Both the position numbers and the translations under genes were made by a program. A stretch of 32,000 bases of DNA from assembly GCF_000179635.2 (NCBI RefSeq), contig NC_014833.1, positions 840,001 to 872,000 on the forward strand, in the 5' to 3' direction. Positions 9,271 to 17,480 of the stretch are shown piece after piece. Numbering within the stretch: the first letter of the stretch is position 1; each line of letters begins with the position of its first letter. Below the pieces are notes generated by a model. The model searched no databases. It was given only the letters and a program-made list of their open reading frames with translations, and was not told the DNA's origin. This DNA is from Ruminococcus albus 7 = DSM 20455 (GTDB taxonomy: Bacteria > Bacillota > Clostridia > Oscillospirales > Ruminococcaceae).

Positions 9271-10293
9271 CATGGTTATCCCTTTAACACACCACAGATA
9301 ATTTACAATGCTGTCCAAATAAACAGACCTCAAAAACCGAAAAATATTGTATAATAGTGACAGAAACCGAAGGGAGCTGTCGCTATGTCAAAAAGATTTC
9401 CGAAACCTGAGATCACACTTGATGGGATATACTCAAAGTTCGCAGATGAAAGCTTTTGCAAGGATTTTCTGCTTGATATCCGCTTTGAAAAGGGCTTTGC
9501 CTGTCCGTTTTGCGGTGGCTCTGAGTACCGCAGGATAAGGTCACGCCATCAGCTGCGCTGCAAGTTCTGTAAAGCAGATATATCCGCCACAAACGGAACT
9601 TTTATGCACAGAACACATATTCCGCTCAGACTGTGGATAGTCACCGCATTCCTCATTATGAGCAACAAATGCAGTGTTTCTGCTGTTACGCTGATGAGGT
9701 CTTTGGGGGTGACCTACAAGACTGCATGGTACATCCTTCATCGCATCAGAAAAGCTATGAAATGCCGTGAAGAACGCTATTTGCTTGACGGGATCGTTGA
9801 ACTTGATGACACGTATCTCGGTGCTCCGACTCACGGTAAAAAGCGTGGTAGAGGTACTGAAAAAGTCAAAATGATCGTAGCTTTATCAAAGAACTCAGCA
9901 GGAAATCCCGAGTACGTTAAAATGAGCGATGTGCCGAATTTAAAGGGTATAACTGTTGGTAGATTTGCCAGGGATAATATCCGCGCAGGCTCGAAGATCG
10001 AGAGTGATAATGCTCGAAGTTACAAGAAACCGTTGGCACAGAAATACTTCCATGTTTTTGAAACATATGATCCGACAAGCGGTCAGCTGAACTGGATGCA
10101 TAAAGTTATATCAAACTTCAAAGCAATGATCATGGGAACTTACCACGGAAACGAAAAGATCCACACAGCGTTATATGCTGCCGAATACTGCTACAAATTC
10201 AACCGTCGTAAGCTGGGAAACAGTGCGTATTTAAGGCTTTTGGCTGCTTTGGTGCAGTAATCTTACTTGTGGTGTGTTAAGGGGATAACCATA
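9271..10293 (+). mobile_element. IS1595-family insertion sequence, copy 2 (1023 bp), nested in IS66 tnpC
   Basis: Same inverted repeats as copy 1. 8-bp target duplication ATCGAAAA at 9263-9270 and 10294-10301. Confidence 0.85.
9385..10260 (+). CDS. IS1595-family (ISXO2-like) DDE transposase
   Basis: 291 aa. It differs from the copy-1 protein at only two residues (L56Q, A171S) in the supplied translations. Confidence 0.9.
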   Translation: MSKRFPKPEITLDGIYSKFADESFCKDFLLDIRFEKGFACPFCGGSEYRRIRSRHQLRCKFCKADISATNGTFMHRTHIPLRLWIVTAFLIMSNKCSVSAVTLMRSLGVTYKTAWYILHRIRKAMKCREERYLLDGIVELDDTYLGAPTHGKKRGRGTEKVKMIVALSKNSAGNPEYVKMSDVPNLKGITVGRFARDNIRAGSKIESDNARSYKKPLAQKYFHVFETYDPTSGQLNWMHKVISNFKAMIMGTYHGNEKIHTALYAAEYCYKFNRRKLGNSAYLRLLAALVQ

Positions 10294-11243
10294 ATCGAAA
10301 ATGATGATGCTCCTGTCATTCATTTTGCCGTTGCAGTAGACCCACATTCTTGATGTCGTGGTAGGCTTTCGGCCTTCCTCGTGAAGCACCTGAACGGTCG
10401 TTTCATCGGCATGGATCATCTGCCCTGCGATAAGCGTCTCATGCATTTTCTCCACAATCGGCAAACACCATTTTTCGGCAGCAGTGCCTACCCAATTAGA
10501 CATAGTCGCTTTGAGCAGAGGTATGTTTTTGGAATTAAAGTCCTTTTCCTGACGGTGCAGAGGTACTGACTTTGCATATTTTTCGTAGATGATATGAGCC
10601 AGAAGTTCGGGAGAGCAATAGCTTCCCGGGATCATAGCGTGAGGATATGGCGCACGGATGATATGACAAGGTTCGTCCCTTTCTTCGGGCTTTTCTCCGC
10701 ACTCGGGACACTTGTACTTATGTACTATATGCCTGCGGATATGATATTTTGGCGGCGTAAATATAAGTTCATCGTAAGCCTTTTCGGGAGTCAGTTCTTC
10801 CATTTCGGCGCCGCATATTTCGCATACCGGGTTGTCAATTTTGTGATGTTCTTCTTTTACAGGCAGATTGTTCATCCATTCATCGTGAGTGCGTTTTTTC
10901 TTGCGCTTGTGTTCGGGAACAGTAATTGTTTCGGCAGATTTAGCTGCGGATTTTTCTTCATTGTTTCCGAACATGGAAAGCTGAACACCGAACTCCTTTT
11001 CCATAACAACAGATGTCTGCTCTGTTTTTCTTCCGAATATCTGCTTTCTGAACCACGCTAACTGCTGATTGGCAAGTGCTAGTTCTTCCTTGAGAACAGC
11101 GTTTTCATTACGGAGCGATACAATTTCCGATGTCATATTTGGTTCGGACATAAAGCACCCCTCCGTTCGTTATGATACTTTAATGATACCACGAAAAGAG
11201 GGGCTTTTCAAGCACATATTCTGAATATTCGGTAAGTATTGCC

Positions 11244-11600
11244 TTAATACAGCGCCCCCGGCTTTCCCTCACGGATAGCCTTCGGCTGCTCTATTTTCAA
11301 GCCTTCCAGAAGCCAGCGAATTTGCTGAGATGTGAGCATTACTGCTTCGGTCTCACTGCGCGGCCACTGGAATCTTCCGTTGTCAAGGCGCTTGTACAAC
11401 AGCAGAAAACCATCGCCCTCCCACAGCAGACCTTTGATGCGGTCACAACGTCTGCCGCAGAACAAAAACAATGCTTTCGAGAACGGGTCAAGTCGAAGCT
11501 GAGCCTGAACGATAGTCGCAAGTCCGTCTATCCCGCGTCGAAGGTCGGTGTATCCCGTAACAAGATAGACCTGTGCGTCCGCTGCCAGATCATTCAGCAT
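11244..11600 (-). CDS. tnpB: IS66 Orf2 (TnpB) accessory protein
   Basis: 118 aa. YLVTGYTDLRRGIDGLATIV...LFLFCGRRCDRIKGLLWEGDGFLLLYKRLDNGRFQWP is the hallmark IS66 Orf2 sequence. Its start overlaps the tnpA stop. Confidence 0.85.
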   Translation of the reverse strand: MLNDLAADAQVYLVTGYTDLRRGIDGLATIVQAQLRLDPFSKALFLFCGRRCDRIKGLLWEGDGFLLLYKRLDNGRFQWPRSETEAVMLTSQQIRWLLEGLKIEQPKAIREGKPGALY

Positions 11601-11911
11601 AGCTCATGCACCAAAGCGGTCAGAGTGTCCGCAGATATATCTGCCGGAAGAGATATTTGAAGTCCGTTTTTCTCAATGCGGATATTTTCGTTTGAGCAAG
11701 GAACTGATACAGGAACGATGGTCGGAGAATTTTCGATATACTTTTCACGAACTTTTCTTAGGCGGTTGTAATACGTGTTTGGCTTGATCCCTTTTTCTTT
11801 GCACCATTCCCGGATCGTCAGACCGCTTGCCTGCTGTGCTTTGATCTGCGCAGACCATTCCTGAAGCTGCATTTCTTTTTTGATTGTTGTGATGGATGTT
11901 GTTTTGTCCAT
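11594..11911 (-). CDS. tnpA: IS66 Orf1 (TnpA) HTH accessory protein
   Basis: The likely start is ATG at 11911 (MDKTTSITTIKKEMQLQEW) after RBS GGAGG. Contains the helix-turn-helix-like GLTIREWCKEKGIKPNTYYNRLRKV. Confidence 0.75.
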   Translation of the reverse strand: MDKTTSITTIKKEMQLQEWSAQIKAQQASGLTIREWCKEKGIKPNTYYNRLRKVREKYIENSPTIVPVSVPCSNENIRIEKNGLQISLPADISADTLTALVHELC

Positions 11912-12132
11912 ACCTGTTACCTCCTTGTCTAATCGTCTCCAATGAACTCCATGGATCAATTTGGATTATTCAATTTACTTCATGGTGTTCCTTGGAGTTT
12001 ATTATACTTTATTAGACTTCGGTGGGGTAGGTGCTGGGGGTTATACGCTTACGTTTTCTCTATAAAAATCTTTCGTAAGAGTAAAATATTATGCGCCTTT
12101 CCCTCTAGAGGCAAAAATGGTATAATAGAGTC

Positions 12133-12571
12133 CAACGGCAGAGTTTCCGCAGATATATCTGCCGGAAGAGATATTTGAAGTCCGTTTTTCTCAATGCGGA
12201 TATTTTCGTTTGAGCAAGGAACTGATACAGGAACGATGGTCGGAGAATTCTCGATATACTGTTCGCGGACTTTTCTTAAGCGGTTGTAATACGTGTTAGG
12301 CTTGATCCCATTTTCTGCGCACCATTCTCTGACCGTCAGTCCGCTCGCCTGCTGCGCTTCGATCTGTGCAGACCATTCCTGCAGCTGCATTTCTTTTTTG
12401 ATTGTTGTGATGGATGTTGTTTTGTCCATACCTGTTACCTTCTTGTCTAATCGACTCCAATGAACTCCATGGATCAATTTGGATTATTCGATTTACTTCA
12501 TGGTGTTCCTTGGAGTTTATTATACTTTATTAGACATTGGTGAGCTAGGTGCGGAGGGGTTTGATGCTTAC
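12133..12571 (-). mobile_element. Truncated left end of a second, related IS66-family element (inverted repeat plus 5' part of tnpA only)
   Basis: The terminal sequence GTAAGCATCAAACCCC (reverse complement ends at 12571) is related to the IS66 inverted repeat. The tnpA' frame (start about 12429) closely parallels 11594-11911, with several substitutions, up to ...ISLPADISAETL. Homology then stops near 12133. Confidence 0.7.
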
Positions 12572-12607
12572 GGAATTACTTCAAAACTATAACTCATAAT
12601 ATAAAGC

Positions 12608-12641
12608 AACAGCACTGCGCCCAAAATGACGTAGTGCTGTT
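12608..12641 (-). terminator. Hairpin downstream of the decayed HATPase_c_4 gene (probable terminator)
   Basis: A 9-bp stem AACAGCACT / AGTGCTGTT with a 16-nt loop, located just after the original stop at 12667. The T-tract is weak. Confidence 0.4.
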
Positions 12642-12666
12642 ATATTACTAGGTCTTAAATTAGCCG

Positions 12667-13593
12667 TTAATTGTGATTCTTGTCAACAATCCATTTTCCA
12701 TTTCGGGCGCTTCCGTTACGATGTATCCGATTTGCTTCTTTGAGTTGTTTGATCGCATTCTCAGTTTGCTTTTTAGATATATTCAAGAGATCTTACAGTT
12801 CTTTTACTGTGATTTCCGGATTATTAGCAATCGCTGAAAACACACGCTCTATTCTCTCAGCGATTTCATCGCCTTTTTTATCTCCTTTTTCAGAAAGGCA
12901 ATAATTCAAGCTTTTCAGGGTTAAGAAGAAACCGCCGTGTTCGGAAACAAACTCAGGCTGCAGATCATCAGAATACTTATATTGAGCCTTATATTCCTTG
13001 ATGATTTTCTTGATACCACTGCCCCTGCGCTCCATAAAATGAAGCCGTGAAAATATATCTGCTATGATAGGATTACGTCTTTGAGACGGTATCTGCATCA
13101 AATCTCTATCCTGAACATTGATGCCGTCAAACATTCCGCCGGGGGAGTAGATCTCAAGTCTGTCATCGAACATATCAATATGCACTTCACTTCCGACTAC
13201 TAGGTAGTCCCTGTGTATCAGAGCATTCACAATACCTTCCTCAACTGCTCTTTCTAGGTAGTCGGGTAGCTCTATTCTCTGGTCGGGAGCTTTGAACCAT
13301 CCATTATGCGAATTGCGTTTAACAAAAGCTTCTCCTTCTTCAAGGAGTGTTATGAGACTACCGGTATATTCAGCATCATCAAGAGTGTCCTGCAAACCTG
13401 AAGCCTTAGTCAGTCCATTCCAACGTGTACAGAACAGGCGGGACTGGTAAATCGGGCAGTAATCCGCAAGCAAAGCTCCTGCATTAGTTAGTTTATCATC
13501 GCCATCAATAAGACCGAATGAAGCGTAGTCACTGTCCTGAAAATCAAGGTGTGCTCTGCTGTAATATGTGGAGATCAGTTTGGTGAAAGACAT
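12667..13593 (-). pseudogene. Schlafen/AlbA_2-associated HATPase_c_4-type putative regulator (often annotated RecG-like), N-terminally truncated and carrying an in-frame TAA
   Basis: IVNALIHRDYLVVGSEVHIDMFDDRLEIYSPGG...QRRNPIIADIFSRLHFMERRGSGIKKI is typical of HATPase_c_4. The frame continues through TAA at 12793-12795 into a wHTH-like tail DLLNISKKQTENAIKQLKEANRIHRNGSARNGKWIV (stop at 12667). The AlbA_2-type N-terminal domain is missing, replaced at 13594 by IS1182-like sequence. Confidence 0.7.
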
Positions 13594-13703
13594 TTTTGAG
13601 AAGTCATATCCTGATGGCAGACTGTCAAAAGTCTTGCCTGAACCTTTCAGAGCAACGAAAGGATTGTATCACAAAAATGAGAAATTGTCAAGTGCGTCTT
13701 AAC

Positions 13704-14165
13704 ATGAATTATGAGATATGCATCGAAGAAAGCTCACCTGTCAAAGTATTGAGCAATGTTATAGATGAGATCTATCAAAAAGAGGAATACACGATAGTAA
13801 GCAAGTGGAATGGCGCCATACCCGAGGATATTATGATGAAGATACTCATCTACGGCTACATGAACGACTCTTTTTCAAGCCGTAAGATTGAACAGCTCTG
13901 CAAAAGAGATATCCATTTCATGTGGCTTCTCGATGGCTTTGGAGCTCCGGATCACAGCACTATCTCAAGATTTCGACAGAAAATTGGAGAACAGATCGAG
14001 CGTGTGTTTTACGCTGTTGTAAAGTATCTTTTGAATATGAAAGAGATAAGCGGTGAGAACCTGTTCATTGATGGCACCAAGATCGAAGCTAATGCAAACA
14101 GATATACATTCATCTGGAAAAAGGCGGTCTCAAAAAACGAACAGAAAACGATGGCTATATTATAA
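13704..14165 (+). pseudogene. IS1182-family transposase, N-terminal fragment only
   Basis: IPEDIMMKILIYGYMNDSFSSRKIEQLCKRDIHFMWLLDGFGAPDHSTISRFRQ...ENLFIDGTKIEANANRYTFIWKK is the N-terminal (DUF772-like) part of IS1182/IS5-type transposases. The DDE domain is absent and homology ends near 14150. Confidence 0.65.
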
Positions 14166-14504
14166 TAGTGACAAAACCTTAGGGATACTGACGCTCTGCC
14201 AATAATTATTCCAAAGCCCGAAAAGATGATGAAGATACATACGAGCAGAGTTCTGAGATTGAGAAAACACCGATGGTATCTATTTTTATGAGGGGATGGA
14301 TTTTGATAAAATAATATGGTTACCAATATACCATCAAACGAAAAAGATAGGATATGATTACAGCAAACGTACTAAAGGCTTTGCTTTTTTGGGATTGGCG
14401 GAGGAGATGGGTGAATGATTCATATGAATGATTCTATTTCCCGAAATTGAAAAACACTTGATTTTGGGAAATAGATGTGGTATAATAGGCATAGAGGAGT
14501 GTGA

Positions 14505-15704
14505 GTGCTTATGAAACTGATAGAAAGAACCGAATATCTCAATAAGGTCATCAATGTGATCGGTACACCTGATATAAAGGTTATCACCGGTGTTCGACGC
14601 AGCGGCAAGTCTAAGCTGCTTGAAGCCTTTAAGAAGCATATTCTGGATAACTATCCTGATGCCAATATCATACACATCAATTTCAATCTGCCCGAATATG
14701 AGGAATATACAGAATATCGTCCTCTTTATGATCATATCAATTCCCTATACAGAGAAGGTGTAGAAAACTTTGTCCTGATAGATGAAATACAGATGTGCAA
14801 TAATTTTGAGAAAGCAATCAACGGTCTGCACGCTTCGGAGAAGTATGACATATATATTACCGGATCTAATGCGTTTCTGTTAAGTTCTGATCTTGCCACC
14901 CTGTTCACAGGAAGGACTTTCGAGATCAAAGTGTATCCCTTCTCCTTTGCCGAGTATGTAAGGTATTTTGGATATACCGATCTTTATACTGCCTTTGACA
15001 AATATGTTAACGAGGGCGGTATGGCAGGTTCCTATGTCTATAAAGATCAGGAAGCGAAGTACGACTATATCGAGGAAGTGTTCAATACACTTATCGTCCG
15101 TGATATCCGCAAAAAGTATAAGATACGAAATACAGCCCTTATGGACAGACTTGTAGAATTCCTGATGGATAATATATCGAACCTCACATCGGCCAGAACT
15201 ATTGCCGATACCTTTAACAGCCATAAGGATAAGATCAACCATAAGACCGTCAGCTCATATATGCAGTACCTCTGCAATGCATTTGCGTTTTATAAGGTGC
15301 GCAGGTATGACATCAAAGGGAAAAAGTATCTTGCGACGACCGAAAAATACTACCTCAGCGACCACTCCTTCCGCTATGCAAAGCTCGGCACGAAGAATAT
15401 GGACTACGGCAGAGTTCTAGAAAACATCGTAGCTATTGAGTTGCTTCGCCGGGGATACGAAGTGTATGTCGGTGTCCTTTATAAGAAAGAAGTGGACTTT
15501 GTAGCTATAAAACGTGATGAAAAGCTGTATATACAGGTCTCGGATAATATCACCGATGATAAGACATTCCAGCGTGAAGTATCACCGCTGCTGTCTATCA
15601 AGGACGCATATCCGAAAATGCTCATCGCAAGGACCCGGCATGATACTTATCAGTATGAAGGCATCAAGATCGTAGATTTTTCGAACTGGCTAACAAATAT
15701 TTAA
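14505..15704 (+). CDS. AAA+ ATPase of the AAA_14/DUF4143 family
   Basis: Walker A GVRRSGKS, Walker B FVLIDEIQ, and a C-terminal region typical of DUF4143 proteins. GTG at 14505 or ATG at 14511 follows RBS GAGGAG. An extended -10 TGGTATAAT lies at about 14479-14487. Confidence 0.85.
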   Translation: MLMKLIERTEYLNKVINVIGTPDIKVITGVRRSGKSKLLEAFKKHILDNYPDANIIHINFNLPEYEEYTEYRPLYDHINSLYREGVENFVLIDEIQMCNNFEKAINGLHASEKYDIYITGSNAFLLSSDLATLFTGRTFEIKVYPFSFAEYVRYFGYTDLYTAFDKYVNEGGMAGSYVYKDQEAKYDYIEEVFNTLIVRDIRKKYKIRNTALMDRLVEFLMDNISNLTSARTIADTFNSHKDKINHKTVSSYMQYLCNAFAFYKVRRYDIKGKKYLATTEKYYLSDHSFRYAKLGTKNMDYGRVLENIVAIELLRRGYEVYVGVLYKKEVDFVAIKRDEKLYIQVSDNITDDKTFQREVSPLLSIKDAYPKMLIARTRHDTYQYEGIKIVDFSNWLTNI

Positions 15705-15716
15705 GAAGGTAGTAAT

Positions 15717-16799
15717 ATGGATGTTATAGAAGAAATCAGAGCCCTTGCAGAAGAATATGAAGCATGCGGTGGAACTGAACGTAGTGACGGCAGCAAATCC
15801 AGGCTTTTTGATCCGCCTGCCACAATAGAACAGGTACGTGAATTTGAAAAAGAGATGCGCGTCACACTTCCCGAGGTATTCGTGCTTTATCTAACTGAGC
15901 TTGGCAACGGCGGGATAGGACCGAATTACGGCATATATTCGCTGGATAAGATGCGTGAGCGTAATCCTAATGCAGCAGCACGTGCAGAACTGCCTGTAAT
16001 GATCGGCGGGAGACTTCCCGAAGAAGCTTGGAAGACTTTTGCACGTGAAGCTGAGGCAGCAGATGATGAAGAGGATTTTGATAAAATTGAAGAACTTGAG
16101 CAGAGACTGATCGCAGGCGGTATCTTCATCAGTACACCGGGCTGCACGATGTATACTCTGCTGATGTGCAGAGGTGAAGCGGCAGGCGATGTTTGTACCA
16201 TAGATTTTGATTATCTTACATGGTATGATAAGCCCATCGAAGGCGGATACTCGTTTGAAGATTGGATGATCGAGGGAATGCACGATCATATTGCACGCCG
16301 AAAATACGGGATCGATATTGAAATGGTCACGCGATATAACCAAAGAGGTCTCGGAATGGCAGGTGAAAAACTTACGGATTCGCTGATCGATCTGCGAATC
16401 GCTCAACTAACGGAAGAAGGAGATACTGATGCTGTGAATCTTTCCCATGAGCTCCGCGATTTCTATGAGCGAGCATTTGGTAACGGGACGTTTCGAATGT
16501 GGATCGCAGTTCACCGTGGAGAGGTTATAGGCACTGTCGGGCTGACAATGCTTGAAAAGCCGCCATATTCCGCAAATCCAAACGGAAAGATCGGACTGAT
16601 CTCGAGTATGTATGTCAAACCTGAATTCCGAAGACGCGGCATGGCAAAGTGTATGCTTGGATATGTTATGCGCTGGGCAAAGCGAAACGGCATGGGCATT
16701 GTACAGGCAATGGCATCGGAGCAGGGCGTGAAGCTTTACGAATCCTGCGGATTTAGGCACAGTGAACGTTTTTTGCAGTATGATCTGAAAAATATGTGA
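15717..16799 (+). CDS. SMI1/KNR4 (SUKH-1)-like domain fused to a C-terminal GNAT N-acetyltransferase
   Basis: N-terminal ATIEQVREFEKEMRVTLPEVFVLYLTELGNGG matches the SMI1/KNR4 signature. C-terminal IGTVGL...ISSMYVKPEFRRRGMAKCMLGYVMRWAKRNGM...KLYESCGF matches GNAT motif A (RRRGxA). Confidence 0.8.
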   Translation: MDVIEEIRALAEEYEACGGTERSDGSKSRLFDPPATIEQVREFEKEMRVTLPEVFVLYLTELGNGGIGPNYGIYSLDKMRERNPNAAARAELPVMIGGRLPEEAWKTFAREAEAADDEEDFDKIEELEQRLIAGGIFISTPGCTMYTLLMCRGEAAGDVCTIDFDYLTWYDKPIEGGYSFEDWMIEGMHDHIARRKYGIDIEMVTRYNQRGLGMAGEKLTDSLIDLRIAQLTEEGDTDAVNLSHELRDFYERAFGNGTFRMWIAVHRGEVIGTVGLTMLEKPPYSANPNGKIGLISSMYVKPEFRRRGMAKCMLGYVMRWAKRNGMGIVQAMASEQGVKLYESCGFRHSERFLQYDLKNM

Positions 16800-17296
16800 G
16801 TCTTATCGATGACAGCTATGCTTATCATCGCTGTACTGATTGGGTTAAAATCACTGACCGGCATTTAATTATATAGAGAACAAAATTAAATTTAATACAT
16901 ACCATATCTCAGCAAATGAAAAGATAAAAACTATGGTGAAAACAACAAAGAATAACGGATATGCAAAGCATATAATAAAATGCTATAAAGATGATCAGGC
17001 GTATCGTATCTCGAAAATAATAATACCGGAGATCACTGACTTAGAAGGACGTTCGCAACGGTATTCAGATACTTTATTGAAATACAGCAGTTTAACGGCA
17101 GGCGTGAGGTCTGGACAGAATACGAGGAAACAAAGGCATATTTCCTTGAACTAATGATGTCCACTGAAGGCGAGGATCGTGACCGAGCAGAGTGTGTATA
17201 CATTATACATCTGCGAATTGTTTTTTTATATACTGCGGAAATCTGATGCGGCAGAGGTTTTGATTAAAAAAAATTTAAATTATATTATTAAAATCA

Positions 17297-17325
17297 TTGC
17301 AATTTGAAAAGAAATGTGATATAAT
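17297..17325 (+). promoter_or_regulatory. Near-consensus sigma-A promoter for the GH9 gene
   Basis: -35 TTGCAA (17297-17302), a 17-nt spacer, and an extended -10 TGaTATAAT (17317-17325). This leaves a ~150-nt leader before the ATG at 17481. Confidence 0.6.
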
Positions 17326-17480
17326 ATCTATCGGACATAACAGCGTAATGCTTGTGATGTGAAATGTCCATCCCAATTATAATATGGCTATGACTGTTTC
17401 AGGTATATATGTCGTTTACTGTAAGTTACAGCCGTATCAGATTTAAGTTCTTTTATTTTCAGAAGGAGGGTCAAGAGATA

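Larger units (their letters stand above)
8609..11151 (-). pseudogene. tnpC: IS66-family transposase TnpC, split by IS1595 copy 2 (coding parts 8609-9270 and 10294-11151)
   Basis: The N-terminal part has the leucine-zipper region and zinc fingers (CEICGAEM...CPECG). The C-terminal part has DGYDAYNAV...CGCMTHARR and later IS66 motifs. Removing the IS and one duplication restores ...RSIIIFDY|QPTRKGEHASNFLKGF... in frame. Confidence 0.85.
8016..12052 (-). mobile_element. IS66-family element (tnpA-tnpB-tnpC plus passenger ORF), carrying a nested IS1595 insertion
   Basis: A 17-bp perfect terminal inverted repeat GTAAGCGTATAACCCCC at 8016-8032, with its reverse complement at 12036-12052. 8-bp target duplication GTTTTCTC at 8008-8015 and 12053-12060. 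Canonical three-ORF IS66 organisation. Confidence 0.85.

Noticed and set aside
856-10293. The two directly oriented IS1595 copies might form a composite transposon carrying 1879-9270.
   Set aside because: Each copy has its own matching 8-bp target duplication (ATATATTT; ATCGAAAA), and the outer flanks do not share a duplication. They are independent insertions. Homologous recombination between them remains possible, but it would not be a transposon.
8407-12795. Two in-frame TAA codons (8407-8409 and 12793-12795) inside otherwise continuous frames might indicate stop-codon reassignment or programmed read-through.
   Set aside because: TAA clearly terminates the C-terminal-module gene at 3804 and the lipoprotein gene at 6119. 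Both affected genes sit in decaying, IS-hit DNA. Simple nonsense mutations, or a sequencing error, are more parsimonious.
16933-17154. A 73-aa ORF upstream of the GH9 promoter. A second frame continues with EVWTEYEETKAYFLELMMSTEGEDRDRAECVYIIHL.
   Set aside because: It may be a frameshifted remnant of a small gene, but neither frame has a recognisable family or a convincing RBS. There is not enough evidence for a call.
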